Shown: positions 52,124-64,000 of the stretch, piece by piece
Layout: every line of letters begins with the position of its first letter
How positions within the stretch are numbered: the stretch's first letter is position 1
DNA from: Mizuhopecten yessoensis
Lineage: Eukaryota
Length of the DNA: 64,000 nucleotides
NCBI RefSeq assembly: GCF_002113885.1
Contig: NW_018407700.1
Coordinates: 1,220,141-1,284,140 of the forward strand
Direction: 5' to 3'
Notes under the pieces: model-generated
What the model was told of the DNA's origin: nothing
Database searches by the model: none
Seen by the model: the letters and a program-made list of their open reading frames with translations, nothing else
Program-made: the position numbers and the translations under genes

Positions 52124-54390
52124 CTGTAAGTAACAACTACTAGCGTAGCTAACATGATGCCATTTTACGTGTATGTTTTTGATTATCTCATTTTTCTTCA
52201 TTTACTACCCATTATGTATTAATTATTATAAACAAATTATTGGATAGAAATTTTGCAACTTGTTTTTAAGGAAAATTAGATCTTATTAAATTATGACTAA
52301 AAAATAACACAAGATTCCTCTTGTTTAAGGATTTATCAAAACAAAGAGATCTAGAAACAGCCAAGTTGTATGTTACACAATTTGGAGATTTTCCATTAGA
52401 GTCGGGGAATGGCTTATGGAATGGAAATGAATGTTCTAATCTAGAACATGTGCATGCATGAATGTGATTCTCAATAAATTAAATGCCATGTGCATCAAAT
52501 ATAGTCTAATAAGTGGTGTATATATTGTAGTCAGCACTGGCATACCTTAATTCAATAGATTAGGACTAGATGAAACCAAACGAAATAAAACACTAGTGTA
52601 TCACAGACGATCGTCCCGAAAATGTTCTCACATGTGCTTATGTTTTAGACAGCAGTGTAAAAGTGATTATATATAGAAGCCCAGAAATTATAGGCTCATC
52701 CCAAGACACAGCAGCTTTTGGGCAAAGCACAGTATCGTTCATAATCAAACTGATTCTTGCTATGTTTGTAAAAAAATTTTAACGAATGCCTAATTACTGA
52801 GTTAGGTGTCATTGTCATACCATCGTTATACAGAGGCACACAGAGAACATTCCCCAGGCACCTAATACATACATATACATGTTACATTGTAACACACAGT
52901 CATGGTCACTTCCTATATCTCCCCAGTACACTATATCCACCCTACCACAATTTTAATTTGCAAAAAATAACCTATCTCAGCACTAAATAATATGTAAAAT
53001 TCTGATGTTTTTTTTGTTTCAGTTGATTTGATTTGAATCCATGTTTTGAAACAGGACTCTTTTCCAACAAAAATGATAATACATGAATAGAAATTTGGTT
53101 ATTTAACAAAATATGTTGATATTCAATTACTGATTGATTATGTGGACAAAGCTAATTTATAACATCAATAATAAATTAGTGTGTCAACTCTGTTTACATA
53201 AACTCTGTGGAAACAGAAAAATCCAGAATGATGTATGCATGGAATAATCAATTATGATTTAGTTTGTCCAGGTATCAACATCAATGAATTAAATGTTACT
53301 GGCCAATCAAGATATGTGCGCTTTACAGATAATTGCCTAGCAACAAATTTATATCAGAGTTAAAAAAAATATTAAAACATATAAATTCCAAAATCCTATT
53401 GATGTTTTGCATAGTTTTCAGGGTTATTTGCATTTCTGGATTTTGGATTCTGAAAAAAAATATTATTAGAACAAATTTAATAAAACTTTCAAAGCTGAAT
53501 ATTTTGAAAATAGGGACAGATAGGTGAAAAAAGATCAGAGAAATTAGATAGATATAAAAGTGGAGTGTAATCATATAACTGATAAATAGCCAACCTTGAT
53601 GTGTGAGAGTATGTGGAATATTGATATATAAGCTATAGGCTTGGTATATCTAGCACTGTACACTAGCTATACACACCATGAAATATTGAACATGAGTCTA
53701 TATACAATGAATAAATTAGAAAAATCATTATTTAGAGTGTTATTGCACATCACTTATCAACGTGTGGTTCCGTAGTCAACATTGCACAACCTTGTAACCG
53801 TTTTACCGAACAGAGAAAGATGGGTACACCACATCAGGTATTGTGTAGTCACCTGGTAACGCCGTCAGCTCAGGTGTATGGATTTTACCCGTCAATCTAC
53901 TCCTCCCTCTAGTTCAAACTCTCAGGTAGAGTCATCAGTCCTAACTCACCTGTGTTTACTCAGGTAGAAAACACAGATAAAAAAACGGCACTTTTTTATC
54001 ACAGAAAAAAATCTTGTCTTTTTTACATAATTCCTAAAATCTACTGTTCCAGCACACAATTCATACTTGTAACTGTTTGTGTTTTAACCACTGTAGGCAG
54101 GAAATCATGTTAGTCAATGTAATACTCAGTAATATAAAATATTGTCCTTTGATGAAAAGTTTTGGAAGTCACCTCTTCCATTGTACGGTACATTATACAC
54201 TTTTCTTTCACTTGTCCTCCTTTGTGAAATGGAATATTGATGATATGATTGGCTGGATTAGATCCAAGGTCATGATCAAGGTCACATGTAAAAGTTGTAG
54301 CTGCACTTAGTTTGTGTGTGATGATGGGAGATCAAATCTCGCTGCTCCATCATATGTGAGATCACAAGGGGAAAAAATGCTGATTTCCTC

Positions 54391-54526
54391 TCAACAGTCA
54401 ACGTAGTTGTAACAAACGTCCGTCCGCGGGATTGCGTTCTGTTGAAACTCGTTGCTGTTTCTGTAGCCTGGATTTTGTACCTCAATAAACTGGTTCTTAT
54501 CCCTCCTCCTCTTCCTCTCTCGTGAC
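54391..54526 (-). CDS. Lectin-CUB membrane protein, coding exon 6 (cytoplasmic tail SRERKRRRDKNQFIEVQNPGYRNSNEFQQNAIPRTDVCYNYVDC*)
   Basis: Acceptor ttttttacag|, phase 2. Basic stop-transfer cluster, NPxY motif, TGA at 54393-54391. The six exons total 1092 nt = 363 aa plus stop. Confidence 0.83.
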
Positions 54527-54736
54527 CTGTAAAAAAGTAAGATTATAAAATATAAATAAAAGTCTTTTTACTTTGGGATGTCAAGTGGAAAAACTGTTCC
54601 CTTTATATCAGTTAGTTGATACTGTATTGTAAAGGTTTTAAATTATTCTTGATTGAAATATGAAATAAATTCAAGTCTGAAGTGACAAAATGCTGTTGAC
54701 TTTGTAAGATTACTTGAGATGATGAAAGATACGTAC

Positions 54737-54812
54737 CATTTGACAATGAGGAGAACCAACAGGATGACCAACACAAAACTTAGTGTACCGATGACTCCGC
54801 CTACGATGGCAG
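54737..54812 (-). CDS. Lectin-CUB membrane protein, coding exon 5 (TM helix AIVGGVIGTLSFVLVILLVLLIV)
   Basis: Acceptor tgtgttacag| and donor TG|gtacgt; 76 nt, phase 1/2. Confidence 0.87.
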
Positions 54813-55044
54813 CTGTAACACAGAACAAATCACGTTCACTCAACACGCCATCACTTCATTTAATGTCCATAACATAATCCAAATAATTTTACGTGAATAT
54901 TTTCACAAGAAGAAATCATAAAAAAGGCATTGATAAGACGATCGACTTACAAAGAATTTAGAATTTATTTGATTTTTGAAAAGTAATATTTTTACCAAAT
55001 GTAAAGCTTTAATTGATTTGAGTTTTGAGAAGTAAAATTCTTAC

Positions 55045-55230
55045 CGAACGGCAATGTTTTTGCTTTATCCACATTGACATTGTTGACAGTCTTGGTGATG
55101 GGGATGATGTGCTTTGGTGACAGAGTGTGCTCCCCTGTGGTACTACTTGGTGCCACTGGCTGTGGTGTCTTGTGATTGGTTGCCATAGGCGAGGTTGGTC
55201 GCTGAGTGGTGGTTGTCAGTGCTGGTGTGG
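55045..55230 (-). CDS. Lectin-CUB membrane protein, coding exon 4 (Thr/Pro/Ser-rich stalk)
   Basis: Acceptor tttgttacag| and donor TTCG|gtaaga; 186 nt, phase 1/1; TPALTTTTQRPTSP...KTLPF. Confidence 0.85.
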
Positions 55231-55354
55231 CTGTAACAAATACAAGAGCAGATAAGTATCGGGAGGGAAAATATTAAAAGAAATAATTACAGCTTATGAT
55301 TTCAAAATTGTATTACAAAATTTGCTTAAAATTACGTTGCGTCATGTTTCTTAC

Positions 55355-55696
55355 CTTCATAGTACAGCCAGAATCCCTTGTAGTTGTTTCTACTGTTGGT
55401 TGACAGTCGAAGTGTAAGGTTTTTCCAGGAGACAGGACTTGGCTCGTTCCCGCGTTTACCACAGAGGGTAAGAGACTGTATGGTGTCCTGAGCAAGCATA
55501 AAGTCGGAACATGTGCTGCTGGCCATCTCAAGGTCAAGGTCAAGGATGTAGAGCTGGAGGTGTTGGTAGCTCTCCACCTGAATGCGTGCTGTACAGTTGA
55601 TGTTGGACCCGTAGTTGTTGGGGTAACCCGGGGTGATAATGTAACCCTGCTGGGCTGTGATCACAGGAGAGTCACAGATATTTTTTGTGTCCGACA
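55355..55696 (-). CDS. Lectin-CUB membrane protein, coding exon 3 (CUB domain)
   Basis: Acceptor tctttttag| and donor GAAG|gtaaga; 342 nt, phase 1/1. Motifs C...GYIITPGYPNNY...C...LDLE..C.D...LCG...GFWLYY. Confidence 0.92.
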
Positions 55697-58600
55697 CTAA
55701 AAAGACAGAAAAAGTACAGCTCTGTTAAAGTATATGTTAAACCAAGCAAATTTCAATAAAATGTAACTTGAAACTAGTTAAATATCACTGCAGCAGAATG
55801 AAAGCATATTGTGATCAATTTCAGAAACTGTTAATTTAGAGGGTATATTAATTCAAGGTCACAAACATTTGTTGTGATACAAAGATTATTCAGTGTTAAA
55901 TTTTAAATCTACTTCCAAGGACTTTTGCAGGGAAATTAAAAGAAACAGTTCTTCAAATAATGTAATACTTAATTATGCCATAAATATTGAATACCAGTTT
56001 GGAGAATTTGTCTGGACAGACCAACATGTATAAGGTATTTAATTGGTGTTTAAAGAAGCCTGACTTTGTTTTATTTGTGTTTAAACCAAATTATCGCACA
56101 TAACCCTGGCTATATTTATACTGGGGTTATGGTTTACTGTATCCTTGTACTTGCAAGGAAAGCGATTCTAGGTCACAGCAATCTATAGATAATACCAAAC
56201 AGTATGAGCCTTATTATTTTATCATGTTAAAAAAATGTAGAACAGAGACAGATTTGCATGTTTCTTTTTTAAACAACTACACTTTGTTTCAGGTAAAATA
56301 TTTTTTTATAAAGTTGGATTGCTTTGTGTGAAATTCACATTTGTCTATTAAATATTTATTATCTTGAACAAGTAGTGTATGTGTGTAGTTGTGCCTGGTT
56401 ACTGCTGTAAACCTAACAGCTGAGATAGTCTAACAGAATTTACTATAGCCTCTTTATCAACTGTGCGTAAATATTTGAGAAACCAACATCTGGTGTGTTT
56501 CCCCGCCAAACTCATAATAGATAAGTTCAAGTTTAAAAATACTTTTACATTCAGCATACTGGTACTCTACACGTTTTGAACGAACAGATGAAAATGAGAG
56601 ACAGATGCAAGCATCACAATGCAAGCTGTTGATAGGCTGAGCACCGAAAAACAAGCCAGGCAGATGGGCCTGCTGTCTTTGTTCCCCTCGCGACACAAAT
56701 AACCTGAGGCCGTCAGCCGACCATTCACCTATACAGATATTCGCTCAAGGATTCAGAATTAAATTATCAAAATTAAAGGCGGGCTGGCGGCACGCGTTTG
56801 TCATCAGCTGAACACTTCTTAGGATCTGATAGAATTTAAACTAAAGCTTCATGTGGTAATTGGGGAGAAAGCGTGAAGTTGTCGAGCCATTACAGACCAT
56901 AGTTGTAAAATCAGTGTTCCTGAAATTATCCTCAAAGCGTAAAATGTATTAAATTATTCATTGCATGGAGAAAAAGTGTAAGGATATGAGCACTAGTGTG
57001 TTGTACAGGTTTATTGTCATGATTGACGGTACTAAGGTTTACAATGGCCTCCCTGGTTGTAATATGATCTTTTTTCGGGTGTATGCAGATTGTTGGTTTG
57101 TGGTTTTCGGGTTAAAGACAATTACCTATGCATGTAATGCAATACAGTAATTGGATATATTTTAAAACGAAAAAATTCTGACAGAACTACAAAAAAAAAG
57201 AACTATCAGGATTGTTATTCACCTGTCACTCACTTGACTTGCTGATTGTGACGTAATCTTTGATAGACGATACGTTAAAGTTGTTACGAGATAGATCACC
57301 ATTATCTCAGTGCCTGCAGACAATTTAGATTAAGCAAGAGATAATATTTTTAAAACTTTATTATATTCAATATTTAATTCATGATATTGTTTACTCTGAC
57401 TATCTTTGTGTATATAATTCTTCAACTTTTAGTGCCACAGATTTCTTTACAGAGCACAAAACTAACAAATCAACAGATAGGATTTAATGAATTATTCATT
57501 AACTTATTGGATGGATAATTAGATAAAATTTGCACCGTTTTGACTCGTGTTAATTACTGGTAGTCATTTGTTTACCAGGGGACTGTGGTATCTGATGTGT
57601 TTAGACAGTGAAGTACAGCTTTGATCCTAACCTTGTTATTTCTTTACTATAAACATATTCCTTTGCCACTTGTAAGATGATCAACTTACAAAAATACGGA
57701 GTCTTGTGCCGTATCTTATGACACTGGCGTATCATCTATTTATCAATTATGAACAGAGAGTTGACTTTTCACTCTGCACTGTTGATACACAATGTTCATT
57801 AGAGAGGACTGGAGTCCTTATTAAAGCCCTTTATTTAACACATTAGGGTGACGCCCAGTCGGTGCTGAGGCGCGTGCAGAGGGAAGGTGCTCTCCCTGGC
57901 CTGATTGGTTACAGATGCTGGTGTCGACAGTTGATGGACCTCTTGAAATTTTGGTTTGAAGATTGCCGACTTGTTTAGACATTAGTCGGGGAGTTACCAC
58001 AGATTATGTCCTGTCCAGCTGTATTTGTTTCTTATGTCCTTCTCTAATAAGCTAGGTCTGGTTTTGTTTTTCTACTTGACTTCCTGTGGAGTGGTCAGAC
58101 GTTTTGTTATATTTTTGAGGGTATCTCAGTGAGGGAGTCATGTTTGTAGGGGAGGGGGGAGGGGTGACTGGCTGGTCATATCGGGTAAAAACTTCCCTGT
58201 GGTCCCTGGTCGTGGCACGTGCCACGCTTAAACCTGCCATGCCAAAATTTCTTCACTTCATGCAGAGATTTAGCTCAACAATTACATTGGTTCTATACCA
58301 GATGGATTTTTTTCCAAATGGAATTTCTGGTATGATTTCTATAAGAATATAAAACTGTATCTATATGGCTTGTGTCAGTGACTTTTGCACTATATTTATT
58401 ATGACCAGATGTAGAGGAATTTTATCACTATTTCTTATTACAGCCATATGTAGACAGATTTTATTGCCGGAGGAATATTTAGGTAACACAGTTAGTTGTC
58501 TATATACATGCATCCATTTGATGATAAAACTTAACATATGTGAACAAATAAATTCTAAGATTTAATAGAATTGAATGGCTAGAATTTAGATATCAAAACT

Positions 58601-58744
58601 TGTATTTTACTTTGCCATCACAAAAATTTGATCAAATTTCATTGCTGTTGGTTTTAAAACAGTATAATAAATGTATAATATGTATTAGTTAATTGACCTA
58701 TAGTGATATTCTATAAGCCTGTATACTATAGATAGACAGCGTAC

Positions 58745-59026
58745 CTGGGATGCACTCATATTCCACATGGAAGTAGTTGCTAGGTTTGTTGCAGGAGGAG
58801 ATAACTCTGCCAACACCCCCACTGGGGAGGTTTATGGAACAGGATTCGCGCCCCACACAGGGGTAGAGTTTGCGTTCCTCTTCCACACAGTCTCCGGGCT
58901 GGAGACTGCACAGTCCGGCGGAGTTGTGTCCGTACAGTGTGCGAGTAATCCGTAACATGTAACCATATCCACACTTAAACGTCAGTGACTTCTGGGCGAA
59001 GCATGCACTGGCTGACATGGGTGTAC
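58745..59026 (-). CDS. Lectin-CUB membrane protein, coding exon 2 (SUEL/Gal_Lectin-like domain)
   Basis: Acceptor ctaacag| and donor CCAG|gtacgc; 282 nt, phase 1/1. Eight-Cys pattern AC..C..LYG..C..DC..CVGRESC..C...YFHVEYEC typical of the SUEL/rhamnose-binding lectin fold. Confidence 0.88.
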
Positions 59027-60594
59027 CTGTTAGCACAAAAACATGAGGTGTTAGAATAATCTGTTCCTTAGCATTACACGAAGCTAGTGCCTGAACGATG
59101 TGTAAAATGCATACAACAGAGAAATGTATAAGAGCTTCAGAAGATATTGACAAGATATTGATTGTAACATTTTCATTGATAACCAGGATGATGCTGTTGA
59201 ATTTTTTATAAATCAACATCAGATAATATTGGGAGTGAAGTGTGATGTATTGATACAGGATTGTCATAAGGGTACGTTAAACATTGTGCCAGACGTACCC
59301 CTTACCCTACTTTTATACCCACTAAATTGATGAGAGCTTAGCGGCTCTGATGTAAAACCTATTTATATGTTAATAAGCCCGTCTCTTTATACAAGGTTTG
59401 AAGTTTTGGAGACCTTTTGCCAACAAACAGTTCAAATCCCAGACAATTTCATTGGTTAAATTGGAAGAAAATTTAAAATGTAGTCCAATCAGTATAAGCA
59501 GGGATTTCGTCGTTAGGTTTAAACTTTAAATTTTGTGCCATCAATATTAAGGGCACTTCACACTTTTAACTAGCTTATTACCAGGTTTGTGTTTAACACT
59601 TCAGAGATACGATGTACCTTTGTTTGACGAAAAAATGTGACAAAGTGTCTTACATTGATAGAGTTTGTGAATTGTGTAGCACCTGGACAAATAGTCGAGC
59701 AAACTTTACCCCACATAGAAATGATCAGATATACAAATATGCAGGTTCCAAAAATTGTCAAATAAGTTTTTTAAGTTCAATTGTACTTTAACAAAATGAA
59801 AAATTAGCAATGCCAATAAGTATTAAAAGTTATGCAATATGAATATTTCAAGGTAAGATATTAATGAATATATTCAATTCAATTTATATATAATGTGTAA
59901 TTATAGCGTTGTTTGTGGTACACACCCTGTGACTGGGTTATCTGTCATCAGTGTTATAAAGAGATTTTCTTGAGTATTTTGTAACTGGCCCATATTTTTT
60001 AAATGTAAGAATTAATTGTCTTGTGACAAAATAGATATGCTTATGCTATAGAAATATTAATGTTGGCAGGAAAAATATCAAAAAGTAGAAGAGGTAAGGT
60101 GTAATTCATAATTATGTTTCAACATGGTGGGAACAAGCTGATTTACAGGTGTAATCTGTCAGACCGATCTTTTATTGTGTATTGTAGGTATCTATTGTTT
60201 ATTGTGATTTACATAAATCCATTCTAGTCTTAGTTCTATAACAATTGTTCTTATCTATTCAAATCAATTGATAACATCAAGATTTCATTGCATATCAGCA
60301 GATATGACCCGTGTGGAAACCTTACCAGTGTGTGAACTGAAATTTTATGGGAACCCACAACCCACCTGGAGAAGACACCCAAAATATCAAACTCGCAATT
60401 AGCACGTTACCACTTAAAAATTTAAATGATCAAGTCAGACAAATTTAAAATATGAATTAAACCTGTAAAATAAACCAATGACAGGATGAAATGTGTTACC
60501 TGCTAAGTCGTCCCTGATAAGACCTGTAGCATTGTGAAACAGAAAGTTTCTGTTAGATTACCTGTAATCAGTAAAAGTAATAAAGGTGACTTAC

Positions 60595-60664
60595 CTGCCA
60601 TACATTGTACAATCATGGTGAATGAAAGTATGGCCACACTGATGATTTTCTGTGAATATTCCAT
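60595..60664 (-). CDS. Lectin-CUB membrane protein, coding exon 1 (signal peptide MEYSQKIISVAILSFTMIVQCMA)
   Basis: ATG in aaccATGg context, hydrophobic signal-like peptide, donor GCAG|gtaagt; phase 1 matches exon 2. Confidence 0.8.
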
Positions 60665-60929
60665 GGTTGATTTTGTGAACTGTTGTGGTAAGTTTTGTGC
60701 TGGGTCTAATCAGTACGCATGGTCCTCTGTATTTCTACCTGTAGGAACGGTAAGGTAAATGTTTATACTGATGATATCACAATGTCAGCCCTAACATCTA
60801 TATCTGTCCAGCAACACACCTTGGTTAATCACAGAACACCTATCACTGCTGATCAAGTGACAGCTATGTGAAGAGGATATTTGAAATCTTTGGAGGTCTG
60901 CTGTGTTCACTATCTCATGTGCTGTGCGT

Positions 60930-60966
60930 AACTGGCTCCTGTCCAGAATGTGTGGGGCTTATATAC
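60930..60966 (-). promoter_or_regulatory. Candidate core promoter of the lectin-CUB gene (TATA plus Inr)
   Basis: TATATAAG on - at about 60965-60958 and Inr-like CCAGTT with A at 60933, about 32 nt downstream. A short 5'UTR intron (about 60819-60739, aag|gtgtgt...cctacag|) would link it to the ATG exon. Confidence 0.55.
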
Positions 60967-63900
60967 TTGGGCCTGGCTCCTACCCCGACAGACAGGGATA
61001 CCACAGCAATTTGAATGAGGGTCTAATTAAATTTTCCCCCTGATTGTTTGGGGCCCTTATCTTGCTCTATTGTAATGGGGACGTGATGTCCACAAACCCC
61101 TTACAATGGGCCAGCATCGTGCAGGGGGAGGAGCTGTCACCTAACTCCGCCCACTATGGCACACTCCGAGGGACACAGATGTTAACTACCCTATCTGTCC
61201 TCAAAATCAGAACTTGATATTTACATCAACCTTTATCAGACACGGCAATAATTTATTTGTTTTTTTCAATCCATTGTCTTTTAAAATCCATTGTTTTATT
61301 ATTTTTGATTTTATCAGCTGTTTAAATTCTTGCTGAAATGCAAATACCTTAAAGGCATCCAGCTAGTGATAGAAGTCGTGTTGACTTTTATATACTATTA
61401 CAGGTAAACTTACTCCAAAGTCCGCCAAAATCTTAACACCTGTCAGGTAAAAATGGGGAATAAAAGCCCTTTGATGTTAATAGAGAGTCCAGTGAAAAGA
61501 TTAGAGGTCTTTGGTGTATGATATGGCCTGTTACCCCTACAGAAGCTGTTCAGGGCTTAGCCAATCAGGGGACAGCTATTTGATGTGGTGGAGTGTGCCG
61601 CTATTTTGACAGAGTTAACAATGGGTTGATGTGTACACAGGGGGTGATAAGACCAGCCTCCCGTCACCTGGCCACGCGACTAACGTCACACTCCAATGAA
61701 TGTCAACAAAGCCAGCCGACCAGGTAACAAAGAGTTGTCGCGTGCCGGTAATCCTAGAGCCCTCCTTCCTATGTCCTTGTGCCCGGCTGTAAACAACCAT
61801 TGTGTGAGCACACATGGTCTGGGTTACTGCTGCCACATGCCCCCAACACCCTACCAACCAATCAGAACGAAGAAGTCATTGAAACAGAAAGCTGGTGTGT
61901 GAGGCCGGTGTACTTGGCACACGACTAGAACCCCAGAATTGGGGAAATTATCACTTCAGCTCATTTGTAGAGTTTAGATAGCTTAGGAGGGAGAGAAGTA
62001 CGTATATCGGATATATCTGTCCTGGTGTGTCCCATCACCTGTCTGCTTATACAGGGCCACTACCTGCCTCACAGTTAGCGGTTAAATTCACTGTCACAAG
62101 TTATCCCTAATATACAGTTAATTAACATAGCTGCCTTTGAATGACCATGTAATTGTTCAATTTAATCTACATGGCATGTGAAATGAAACTTCAATTATTA
62201 AAAAATAAATAAATAAATAGATGAAATAGAAGCCCCTATAGGTATCCTGTACCATGTGTTGTTGCTAATCAGTTTAAAATGTCACCTTGAGGTTATATAT
62301 TCCACTTTTAGGGCTTTACAAGCTGTTGGTAATCTTTGATATTATAGAAAGATTTTTTTGATATCCTCATTTATGTGCAACATATGGCATCAAACTTAGC
62401 AATTATGTTTAAAGTCCACGGCATATCTGGAAATAAATTCTACTCCTATTATTGATGGAGGGAGCTACCTATTGTTCATAAACATCCGAGTGAAGAAAAG
62501 GAGTCCTTAAAGTTGTATAAGTCATAAAATAAAACACAAAGTGTGTTTATGTGATCTGTGAACCAAGGACAGATGTGACAGACATTCCAAATAACTGTAG
62601 TTTAGAGTAAAGAAATCTCGGCATGAATAATTAAAATAAATTTGGCGCGTGCGGGTTGAAATATGAGGTGTTTAGAAGGGGTCCCCAGACAGATGCTGTG
62701 TGTGACAGGTGGGGATGTGTAGGGAATAACTGTACAGGTGTTCCCCGACACCTGTATCACAGATACTCATTACATATTTATATATATCGCCTCTCTGTAA
62801 GGGGAGCAATGACGGGGATACGACAGAGACAGGGATATCCTGTCAGTATAAGGTATACGTAGCAAATATAGCCGGAGGATTATGTTTAACCAAGCAGATA
62901 GTTTTCCCCTTTCATTAATGTAGCCATATTAAATGTTCCTTGATCAGCCCTTTTTCAGATTTCAAAAGGCACGCGTCCATTATTTATTCGATGAATGAGT
63001 CCATTTTTAGATTTCAGACGTTAAGTGGTCGAGTGCTGAATGATTAACTTTTCTAAAATAAAAAAAACATCTTATTAAGTTTGGAATGAGGGAAAAAAAT
63101 GTTTTTAAAAGCATTATTTTTCTGAAATATTAGTACACTAATAATTTATTGTATAAAAAAAACGTAGGCTAGGTTTATATTAAAAGAGTAAAAATAATCT
63201 TTTAAATATTACATGAGATACAAACGAAGTTAAAATAAATTCAGAATAAAATTCTTTGCTAATCTCAATAATCTGTGATTTAAAACTTTTTATGTAGGAC
63301 AAGATTAAGACAATTAAATCATCAGATACTGTATAATTACACATACTTACCTACAAAATAGATAAGGATTGTGTAGAACATTATCATCTGTTAATAATCA
63401 GCAATATGTCCCACTAGCTGTTTTAGGCTCTGTATCATTGGAGTGGAGTTTCCCGTCCCAGGAGAGATAACATGGCCGCGGAGATAACACAAAATCCAAT
63501 AGGATCACTGATACAGTAAAAGTGTTTTTAATTTTAATTTTGATGCATCGTTAAGAAAGTCTGCCTTGGTAATCTGCAAAGGCATCGTTGTTAAAAGTCC
63601 TACGGGCTTGTACATATACCCCACATGTATTAGAAATTGGCTTTTCACATTTTAATTACAGATGGAGGTGCTACATACGACCTCTTTATCTGGAACTGTT
63701 GAACGGAAATGAACATGAGATTGTGTATCAGCACATTGTATACTTGGTAGATATGAAGGAGGTCTACCTTTTAATCACATAATTAAATTGTAATATACCT
63801 TTGAAAGCTTAAAAGAGAAGTACATATCCGCATGATTTTATCAAAGTATTATCGTTTTTGCAGGAAATTGTAGACTACATTTGCAATATATAATCAATTA

Positions 63901-64000
63901 ACAAGCATTTGAGGTTAATTTTTAGGATATATAATTGTATTGATTAAGTTTTTATATCTTGTGTAAATGAACAGGTAGACATACTCTGTAGCAAGCCAGT

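Overview
AT-rich eukaryotic genomic DNA. The repeat types and gene structure suggest a bivalve mollusc (inference). There are no prokaryotic features, rRNA, tRNA or CRISPR arrays. The window appears to lie inside the long introns of ASCC3 (Ski2-like helicase, + strand). Three internal ASCC3 exons are visible (32925-33062, 41875-42007, 44656-44781), and one expected exon is missing, probably in the N-gap at 40566-41252. Two complete genes appear to be nested in ASCC3 introns. One is a single-coding-exon GT92 glycosyltransferase (+, 5869-7323, 484 aa). The other is a six-coding-exon type I membrane protein on the - strand (60664-54391, 363 aa): signal peptide, SUEL/Gal-lectin-like domain, CUB domain, Thr/Pro stalk, TM helix and NPxY tail. 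The rest is minisatellites and mobile DNA: a decayed DIRS-like fragment, a CR1-clade LINE interrupted by a Helentron-type non-autonomous element (HINE), further HINEs, a MITE with a 6-bp TSD and a foldback element. The most unusual signals are tandem repeats built from ASCC3 splice sites (seven donors at 36-nt spacing, and donor- and acceptor-mimicking arrays at opposite ends of one intron) and a minisatellite made from a Helentron 3' hairpin.
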